Source: Candidatus Woesearchaeota archaeon (lineage in GTDB: Archaea > Nanobdellota > Nanobdellia > Pacearchaeales > GW2011-AR1). From it: a DNA stretch of 34,057 nt. Both the position numbers and the translations under genes were made by a program. The notes beneath the pieces were generated by a model. That model had not been told where the DNA came from. It searched no databases and saw only the letters and a list, made by a program, of their open reading frames with translations. The stretch is taken from assembly GCA_964346485.1 (NCBI GenBank), contig CAYFUJ010000018.1:1-34057 (forward strand). Reading direction: 5' to 3'. Each line of letters begins with the position of its first letter. Within the stretch, counting starts at the first letter, position 1. This document shows, piece by piece, positions 9,202 through 14,977 of this stretch.

Positions 9202-9465
9202 ATGAAAATATCCAAAGAAAAAAGGAAAAGAATATCTGAGCATATACTTACCTTTCTCTACTCGAATTCACCAAAGCCATTTTTTACTTCATCGATAGCT
9301 AAGGAGATAGCCAGGGACGAGGAATTTGTAAAAAAACTCCTTCTAGAACTGAAAAATAAAAATCTTATTACAGAGATAAAGAAAAACCCCAAAGGAAAGC
9401 TTTACAAAAGAAGATCTAGGTGGAAGCTGAGTGATGCAGCCTACAGCGCATACAGGAAAATATAA
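9202..9465 (+). CDS. Small winged-helix DNA-binding protein
   Basis: 87 aa. ILTFLYSNSPKPFFTSSIAKEIARDEEFVKKLLLELKNKNLITEIKK..GKLYKRRSRWKLS has the helix-turn-helix plus wing layout of MarR/ArsR-like wHTH proteins. Confidence 0.55.
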   Translation: MKISKEKRKRISEHILTFLYSNSPKPFFTSSIAKEIARDEEFVKKLLLELKNKNLITEIKKNPKGKLYKRRSRWKLSDAAYSAYRKI

Positions 9466-9521
9466 TCTCATATATACTCTACAATCTGAAAGTTTTTATA
9501 TTCCAGAGATTTCTTCTCTGG

Positions 9522-10229
9522 ATGGATGAGATTAAACAAGCCTTTCAAAGAGTAAAAAAAGACATTGATTTTCTATATCAAGAACTCAATAATCTTAGGT
9601 TAGAATTAAATGAAATAAGGCAGGAAATGATAGAAATTTGTCAGATTTTGGAGCAAATTAATGAAAGAATATCTAAAAAACCTCAAAAAACCCCTGAAAT
9701 TACTTCGACACAACTTATTGAAAAACCAACACTTTCGACATATCTTTCGACACATGGTTACCCTTTAGAAGCCTTAAAATCCCAAAATATACTTATTTCC
9801 ACTGGAAATCAAGGGGTTCCAACAGACAAACAGACAAACAGACAGACACACAACAGACATAAAATTGAACTAAAAAAAGAAGAAATAACAGAAAATTCAA
9901 TAGATAATGCTGCAAAAATGCTTGATTCTTTAGATAATATAAAGAAAGAAATAAGATTAAAATTCAAAAGACTTACAGACCAAGAGATACTTGTTTTCAC
10001 AACTTTGTATCAAATTGATGAAGAAACAGGGCCAACAGATTATAAAACAATTGCCAAAAAAATCGGACTTACTGAGAGCTCTATAAGGGATTATATCGGA
10101 AGACTCATAAAAAAAGGAATCCCCGTCGATAAAAAGAGGATTAACAATAAAATAATACAACTCTCAATTTCGCAAAATCTCAAGAAAATAGCGTCGCTTC
10201 CGACAATTCTACAACTGAGAGATCTTTAA
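9522..10229 (+). CDS. Coiled-coil / C-terminal HTH DNA-binding protein (paralogue of 10362-10973)
   Basis: 235 aa. It has an N-terminal coiled coil (FQRVKKDIDFLYQELNNLRLELNEIRQE), a low-complexity linker encoded by an ACAGACAA-type microsatellite (9822-9859, TDKQTNRQTHNRH), and a C-terminal HTH (LTDQEILVFTTLYQIDEETGPTDYKTIAKKIGLTESSIRDYIGRLIKKG). Confidence 0.6.
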   Translation: MDEIKQAFQRVKKDIDFLYQELNNLRLELNEIRQEMIEICQILEQINERISKKPQKTPEITSTQLIEKPTLSTYLSTHGYPLEALKSQNILISTGNQGVPTDKQTNRQTHNRHKIELKKEEITENSIDNAAKMLDSLDNIKKEIRLKFKRLTDQEILVFTTLYQIDEETGPTDYKTIAKKIGLTESSIRDYIGRLIKKGIPVDKKRINNKIIQLSISQNLKKIASLPTILQLRDL

Positions 10230-10299
10230 TTTAATAGATTTTCTGTTAACCGAATAACTTATAAGATTTTTTCTTCTTATTTTAATTTTTTAAAATTAT

Positions 10300-10320
10300 G
10301 CTTTTTAGGGCTTAAAAAGC
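10300..10320. terminator. Hairpin between convergent genes (possible bidirectional terminator)
   Basis: GCTTTTTA-GGGC(T)-TAAAAAGC is an inverted repeat flanked by T/A runs, placed midway between the stops of 9522-10229 (+) and 10362-10973 (-). Confidence 0.35.
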
Positions 10321-10361
10321 TTTAATTTCAAATCAGAACTCTCACTTTCAATAGTTTAAGT

Positions 10362-10973
10362 TTATTTTTTCTTTGTTTTTCTAATTTTTCCAACTCTCAC
10401 TTTTGCTTTTTTTAACAGTTTTTCCCTTATTTCCTCAGGTATAAATACCCTCTTTTTTCCATTTTTTTCAATAATCTCTTCTACCAAACCAGAACTCTTT
10501 TGTTTTATATGATTTAGATGCCCTCTTATGGTTGATCTCTCTTTTCCTAGGACTGCTGCAAGATCATCATAACTTAATCTTATATCTGAATTCAAAAGTA
10601 TCCATAAAATTGCTCTTTCAGTTACTGAAAATTGGTCAAAATTTGGTGTTTGAACAGGTGTTTGAACAGGTGTTTGAACAGCATAAACACCTGTTTGTTT
10701 ATTAAACACCTGTTTAGGTGTTTGAAATTGACCTCTTGGCTTTAATTCATTCATTATAGAAATAACATTTTTTAATCCTTCAAGTTCATCATTTACCGAC
10801 GATAAAAGGTCTTTCAGCTCTTCAATATCTCTTTTTTGCAAATTTTTTTCAGAATCCAGGTGTTTAATCCAAGCGCTTATAGAATTTATATCTTTTTTAA
10901 CACTTTCAAAACCTCTTTTTGTATCTTCTTTTAGGTTTTCAATCTCTTTTTTTCTAAAAAACCATCCAAACAT
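10362..10973 (-). CDS. Coiled-coil / C-terminal HTH DNA-binding protein (paralogue of 9522-10229)
   Basis: 203 aa. FESVKKDINSISAWIKHL...DIEELKDLLSSVNDELEGLK is a coiled coil homologous to the N-terminus of its neighbour. A VQTP x3 linker follows, then a C-terminal HTH (VTERAILWILLNSDIRLSYDDLAAVLGKERSTIRGHLNHIKQK). Confidence 0.6.
   Translation of the reverse strand: MFGWFFRKKEIENLKEDTKRGFESVKKDINSISAWIKHLDSEKNLQKRDIEELKDLLSSVNDELEGLKNVISIMNELKPRGQFQTPKQVFNKQTGVYAVQTPVQTPVQTPNFDQFSVTERAILWILLNSDIRLSYDDLAAVLGKERSTIRGHLNHIKQKSSGLVEEIIEKNGKKRVFIPEEIREKLLKKAKVRVGKIRKTKKK
10645..10680. repeat. Perfect 12-bp tandem repeat x3 (GGTGTTTGAACA) inside the CDS
   Basis: Read directly from the sequence. 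It encodes VQTPVQTPVQTP on the minus strand and is followed by two AAACACCTGTTT copies at 10685-10696 and 10704-10715. Confidence 0.95.
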
Positions 10974-11385
10974 AATACTAATTGTTTTTAGATCTTTAAA
11001 AATCTTTCTTTTTTCGACGATAAAAACTCTTTTCCATATATTTTTAAATTCATAAATTTACTAAAAAAATACCGAAAATGTGTCGAAGCCCCTGCATTTC
11101 CGATGGAAAAAATATCAAAAAACACCACCAAACAGCCTGTTTAAACACCCCTAAACACCTGTTTAAAAAATAAACACTTAAAAAATTCTTAAATTTCTTG
11201 AACAAACCTGACCTTAGTGCACAATCTCCGAACAAAAAAAGATAAAAACCGACGATAAATTAAAATCTTTGTTATTCCATTAAAAAATAAAACTACTGAA
11301 AAAACCCAAAGAGCTAAAATAAAGAAACATTTATAATTAAGGATTTGTTTATTAATTTATAAAATTCATTAAAAAGGAGGGAAAG

Positions 11386-11562
11386 ATGGCAAAACTAACG
11401 GCATGGCTTGTCACTCTTATTGGTGTTTTACTCGTATTGGCTGCACCAGGGATAGCACTTTGGAGTCTGGCCGATACTTGGGTAACATGGGTAATTGCTC
11501 TTGCAGTACTCGTCATAGGAGTTGGCAAACTAATGAGAAACTACAGCAAGAGAAGGAAATAA
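11386..11562 (+). CDS. Small two-TM membrane protein (58 aa), below the ORF-track cut-off
   Basis: The ATG is preceded by AAAGGAGGG 5 nt upstream. My translation is MAKLTAWLVTLIGVLLVLAAPGIALWSLADTWVTWVIALAVLVIGVGKLMRNYSKRRK. It has two clean hydrophobic helices and a basic tail. The overlapping track ORF 11403-11615 in another frame gives a Cys/Trp-rich nonsense peptide. Confidence 0.65.
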   Translation: MAKLTAWLVTLIGVLLVLAAPGIALWSLADTWVTWVIALAVLVIGVGKLMRNYSKRRK

Positions 11563-11748
11563 GTTTGCTTCCCATCATTCCTTCTTGTTTAATTTCTTTA
11601 TTTTTATTTAATTAATTTTTTCATTATTATATTTTTCATTTTTTAACAAAGCCAACCTTTGTGCATAACTAATTAAAAATTTAATAAAAAACCCAAAAAA
11701 GCACAGAAAAACTCAAAAAATACTTCTAAAATCAATAAATTTATAAAC

Positions 11749-11794
11749 TTAGGGCACCCTAAATATCCAGAAACTTGCTATTAAATGCCCTAAG
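11749..11794. promoter_or_regulatory. Palindrome TTAGGG-CA-CCCTAA plus a third GCCCTAA half-site in the recombinase leader (candidate operator or recombination site)
   Basis: The palindrome is at 11749-11762, immediately after the TATA-like TTTATAA (11740-11746). A further GCCCTAAG lies at 11787-11794. Both are G/C islands in otherwise A/T-rich leader DNA. Confidence 0.4.
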
Positions 11795-11815
11795 TTTACA
11801 ATAAAAAAAGAGAAA

Positions 11816-12568
11816 ATGACTGAAAACAAGCCTTTAGCTGCAATTTATGTAAGGGTTTCGACAGAAGAGCAAGCAAAAGAAGGTTTTTCATTGAAAGCCC
11901 AACAAGAAGCCTTGGAGAATTATGCAAAAGCATTGGGTTATGAGATTTTTAAAATCTATAAAGAAGAGGGAAAATCTGCAAAAGATCTGAAAAGGCCAGA
12001 GATGATTCAGCTTTTGAAAGATGCAGAATCAAAAAAGTTTTCAGCAATATTTATCTATAAACTGGACAGATTTTCCAGAAGTCTTAAAGATCTTATTCTT
12101 ACAATAGATAAATTGAAAGAAATGGGAATAGATTTTGTTTCTCTGCAGGATAAAATTGAAACCACGAGTGCCTCAGGAAAATTAATGTTTCACATAATAA
12201 GTGCGTTTGCAGAATTTGAAAGAAATATAATAGGCGACAGGACAAAATTCGGAATGGAGAGAAAGGCAAGAGAAGGTGGATTTATAACAAAAGCTCCGAA
12301 AGGCTATAATCTGATAAACAAACAACTAATTATAAATGAACAAGAAGCAGAACAGGTAAGGAAAATCTTTGAAGAATTTCTGAATTCAGACATTTCTCTG
12401 ACACAACTCGCAAAAAAATACAATATGACAACAGCAGGAATAAAAAAACTGCTGAAAAACACGACTTATCTTGGAAAAGTCAAGTTTGCAGGCCAGGAAA
12501 GCAATGGCCAGCACAAGCCCTTAATAGATGGGGAATTATTTAAGGATGTTCAGGATAAGGTAGGATAA
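11816..12568 (+). CDS. Serine recombinase (resolvase/invertase catalytic domain plus recombinase domain)
   Basis: 250 aa. AAIYVRVSTEEQAKEGFSLKAQQEAL carries the catalytic Ser motif. YKLDRFSRS, the GIDFVSL...T.SASGKLMFHIISAFAEFERNIIGDRTK E-helix and the following recombinase-domain segment are also present. Confidence 0.88.
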   Translation: MTENKPLAAIYVRVSTEEQAKEGFSLKAQQEALENYAKALGYEIFKIYKEEGKSAKDLKRPEMIQLLKDAESKKFSAIFIYKLDRFSRSLKDLILTIDKLKEMGIDFVSLQDKIETTSASGKLMFHIISAFAEFERNIIGDRTKFGMERKAREGGFITKAPKGYNLINKQLIINEQEAEQVRKIFEEFLNSDISLTQLAKKYNMTTAGIKKLLKNTTYLGKVKFAGQESNGQHKPLIDGELFKDVQDKVG

Positions 12569-13168
12569 TTAAATTTTTTGTTTTTCTTTATATCTTTTTC
12601 TAAAATAATTTTCTATGTTTTTTAAACGATCATCTTTATTTTTTCCTTTGATTAATTTTAAGGTAAGACCATATTCTTCTCGAGCGTTATTGTGTTCTTC
12701 AACTAGTTCACCCAATGTTTCTTTTAAAATCTCATGTTCTTCAACTATTTTCTCTAATCTTTCTTCTAAAACCCTGTGTTTTTCAACTACTTCTTCTAAT
12801 CTTTCTTCTGAAATCTCATACTCCTTAATTGCTTCTTCTAATCTTTCTTCTGAAATCTCATACTCCTTAACTACCTTCCCTAATTTTTCTCCTGAAACCT
12901 CAACCTTTTTCTTAACCTTTTCAACTATTTTTTCTGATCTTTCTTCTAAAACCTCAACCTTTTTCTTGACCTCTTTAACTTTCAAAGTAACATGGCTATA
13001 GGGAATATGCCCAAGATGATCTAATATATGTAGAATTAACCCTCCCGAATTATAAGTAAATTTCTTGCCTTTAAGAGGTATATCCTGATTTTTTACTGCA
13101 CAAATCCAAGGGTCTCTATCTGCTTTAAGATCATATTTTATAGAAATAGTGGTGTCTTTATAGCTCAT
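12569..13168 (-). CDS. Hypothetical protein: ~65-aa globular N-terminus plus repetitive acidic coiled coil
   Basis: 199 aa with 14-residue repeats (KEYEISEERLEEAI / KEYEISEERLEEVV / EKHRVLEERLEKIV / EEHEILKETLGELV). Its stop abuts the recombinase stop with 0 nt spacing. Its start overlaps the upstream gene by 4 nt. Confidence 0.6.
   Translation of the reverse strand: MSYKDTTISIKYDLKADRDPWICAVKNQDIPLKGKKFTYNSGGLILHILDHLGHIPYSHVTLKVKEVKKKVEVLEERSEKIVEKVKKKVEVSGEKLGKVVKEYEISEERLEEAIKEYEISEERLEEVVEKHRVLEERLEKIVEEHEILKETLGELVEEHNNAREEYGLTLKLIKGKNKDDRLKNIENYFRKRYKEKQKI
12790..12870. repeat. 42-bp period tandem duplication (39/39 identical cores) with degenerate copies at about 12742-12780 and 12921-12960
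   Basis: CTTCTTCTAATCTTTCTTCTGAAATCTCATACTCCTTAA occurs at 12790-12828 and again at 12832-12870. Confidence 0.9.
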
Positions 13169-13536
13169 TCTTCACTCCTTTTTTTCTCAATGTACTTTAT
13201 CCAGATACTTAAAGGAGTTCCTTTCCAAAGTTTTCCATTCGCAAAAACAAATTTCTTTGGAAACACCCTTATTCTATCTAACATTTCTTCTATTTTATTT
13301 TTATTTTTCTTTATCAAATTGCACTTTGACCAATTCAAATTATCCCTGTCTCTGATTGCTTCCATTAAACACGTATAATCTCTTTTACCCTTTTCGTCTT
13401 TTTCAGGATCAATTATCATAGCGAGAGCACATTGGTTCTCTCCAGTAGCTTCCATAATATGGTCTTCCCAATCTTTTGATTTTATTTTAAATCCATAAAA
13501 CGGACAATTGCATATAATATAAGATTTCAAGTCCAT
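13165..13536 (-). CDS. Hypothetical Cys-containing protein (123 aa)
   Basis: Clean ORF (MDLKSYIICNCPFYGF...) with five Cys residues. It is translationally coupled (ATGA-type 4-nt overlap) to 12569-13168. I recognise no family. Confidence 0.55.
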   Translation of the reverse strand: MDLKSYIICNCPFYGFKIKSKDWEDHIMEATGENQCALAMIIDPEKDEKGKRDYTCLMEAIRDRDNLNWSKCNLIKKNKNKIEEMLDRIRVFPKKFVFANGKLWKGTPLSIWIKYIEKKRSEE

Positions 13537-13633
13537 TAAAAATCACACAAATTATTCCTTTAAAAGCATTGTTGTAGTCTAATTTTTTGTTAACCTCAAC
13601 TTTTAAAAAACACATTCTCCTTTAACCTTCGAG

Positions 13634-13789
13634 ATGAAAAAACAAATGAGACAAAACTGGTGGCTGGGATTTTTGGGATTCCTAGGATTTCAAGGCCTGA
13701 ACGCACTTATTAAAGGGGACTGGTGGATGTCTGTCTGGATATTCTGGTTTGTGTGGTTCATTTATTTCATACCTGTAAATAAAAAATAA
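13634..13789 (+). CDS. Small membrane protein (51 aa) with WLGFLGFLGF motif
   Basis: My translation is MKKQMRQNWWLGFLGFLGFQGLNALIKGDWWMSVWIFWFVWFIYFIPVNKK. The stop lies 1 nt before the next ATG. It is below the ORF-track cut-off. Confidence 0.55.
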   Translation: MKKQMRQNWWLGFLGFLGFQGLNALIKGDWWMSVWIFWFVWFIYFIPVNKK

Positions 13790-13790
13790 A

Positions 13791-13976
13791 ATGGCAAAGA
13801 AAAAACAAATACGGAAACTGAAAAAAGAAAGCCCTGAAGGTATTGCGGTTCCTGCGGGGTTGTTTGTTGGAATGGGGGTTGGATTTTTGACAAACAATTT
13901 TGTGGCTTGGTTATTTATAGGCTTAGGAGCTGGATTTCTTTTACTAATGATTCTCAGATTAATAAAGAGGAAATAA
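13791..13976 (+). CDS. Small membrane protein (61 aa)
   Basis: MAKKKQIRKLKKESPEGIAVPAGLFVGMGVGFLTNNFVAWLFIGLGAGFLLLMILRLIKRK has a basic N-terminus and two Gly-rich TM helices. Confidence 0.6.
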   Translation: MAKKKQIRKLKKESPEGIAVPAGLFVGMGVGFLTNNFVAWLFIGLGAGFLLLMILRLIKRK

Positions 13977-13978
13977 AA

Positions 13979-14140
13979 ATGCCAAGAAAAAAAGGAAAAA
14001 GAGAAAACCCACCAACTTATAAAACCAAGTTCCAAGCAGAGAGACACGGATACATAACTTACGGAAAGACAAAAAGCGGAGCAAGAAAGTTTAAGGTTTA
14101 TAAGGCCAAGGGTGGATGGAATGTTGTAAAGAAGAAATAA
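13979..14140 (+). CDS. Small highly basic protein (53 aa)
   Basis: I chose the internal ATG at 13979 of track ORF 13907-14140, which lies 2 nt after the previous stop. The product is MPRKKGKRENPPTYKTKFQAERHGYITYGKTKSGARKFKVYKAKGGWNVVKKK. Confidence 0.5.
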   Translation: MPRKKGKRENPPTYKTKFQAERHGYITYGKTKSGARKFKVYKAKGGWNVVKKK

Positions 14141-14141
14141 A

Positions 14142-14375
14142 ATGCCTTCTGTGACAATCAACATCGATGAAGATGTTAAGAAGATTATTTCTAGGCGTGC
14201 GAAGAAAAATCTTATGTCTCTTAGAGAGCAGATTGAAGATATTTTAAGAAGAAGTGCTGTAATGACAAAAAAGAGCAAGGGCTATAAAGCGATTAAGATT
14301 GATGATCGTCTTGTTTCTGCTTTTTCCAGGGAAAAGCGCGAAAGAAAAAAGAAAAAAAAGTTTAAGAAGAAATAA
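14142..14375 (+). CDS. Ribbon-helix-helix (CopG/Arc-like) protein with poly-Lys tail
   Basis: 77 aa. VTINIDEDVKKIISRRAKKNLMSLREQIEDILRRS fits a beta-strand, helix, helix RHH layout. The start lies 1 nt after the previous stop. Confidence 0.55.
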   Translation: MPSVTINIDEDVKKIISRRAKKNLMSLREQIEDILRRSAVMTKKSKGYKAIKIDDRLVSAFSREKRERKKKKKFKKK

Positions 14376-14430
14376 TTTCCGACAGCTTTTTATAACTATT
14401 AACCTTTATGGAATAAAAGAGGAAGGATAA

Positions 14431-14976
14431 ATGGGTTTGTTTGACAAAAATTTCAGAGAGATTTTTTCAGCACAACTCTTTGCAATAATAGGGGGAATAA
14501 TTGCAGGAGTTGTTTTGGCTGTCTACATGGACAAAATATTCCTCATTCCAGGAATGTTGATAATTATTCCCGGCTTCCTTGAAATGAGGGGAAATATAAG
14601 CGGAACATTTGCCTCCCGTATCAGTTCAGGACTTTTTCTTGGAATTATAGACCCTTCCAAAGCAAATAAAAAAATAATAAGGGGAAATCTTAGAGGATCT
14701 TTCATACTTGCAATAATTGTTTCATTAGCCCTTGGATTACTGGCATTCGCCTTTAATTATTTCGTCATGGGAATCTTGACTCCAGAAATAATAATGGTTC
14801 CTTTACTCGCAGGAATTCTGTCAAATTTTATTTTAAACAGATTAGCTCTTTTTGCAACAATTTATTTTTTCAGAAGAGGTCACGATCCTAACAATATCAT
14901 GGGCCCGTTTGTAACAACAGCAGGAGATGTAATAAGTACAATTTCCCTGTTAGTTGTTATCTTACTCGTAATTTAA
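14431..14976 (+). CDS. MgtE-type divalent cation transporter, membrane domain only (half 1)
   Basis: 181 aa with about 5 TM segments. The C-terminal signature is GHDPNNIMGPFVTTAGDVISTISL (MgtE DP..xxP.itT..D motif). Confidence 0.7.
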   Translation: MGLFDKNFREIFSAQLFAIIGGIIAGVVLAVYMDKIFLIPGMLIIIPGFLEMRGNISGTFASRISSGLFLGIIDPSKANKKIIRGNLRGSFILAIIVSLALGLLAFAFNYFVMGILTPEIIMVPLLAGILSNFILNRLALFATIYFFRRGHDPNNIMGPFVTTAGDVISTISLLVVILLVI

Positions 14977-14977
14977 A

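Noticed and set aside
10305-10311. TTAGGGC word in the 10300-10320 hairpin, considered as a possible partner site for the TTAGGGCACCCTAA palindrome (an invertible 1.4-kb segment)
   Set aside because: Only 7 nt are shared. I estimate one to two chance occurrences of such a word in the window on both strands, and there is no dyad symmetry at the second locus matching the first.
11050-11615. Track ORFs 11050-11235 (minus) and 11403-11615 (plus)
   Set aside because: The first is a Phe/Leu/Cys-rich peptide across repeat-dense non-coding DNA. The second is out of frame with the SD-preceded 58-aa membrane ORF and is rich in Cys, Trp and Arg. Neither looks coding.
13682-14278. 198-aa minus-strand ORF spanning the micro-gene cluster
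   Set aside because: Its sequence is Phe/Leu/Ser-rich and low-complexity, with no start context. The opposite strand holds four tightly abutting ORFs with sensible features (TM helices, an RHH fold, 1-2 nt spacers). A strand-specific transcript would settle it.
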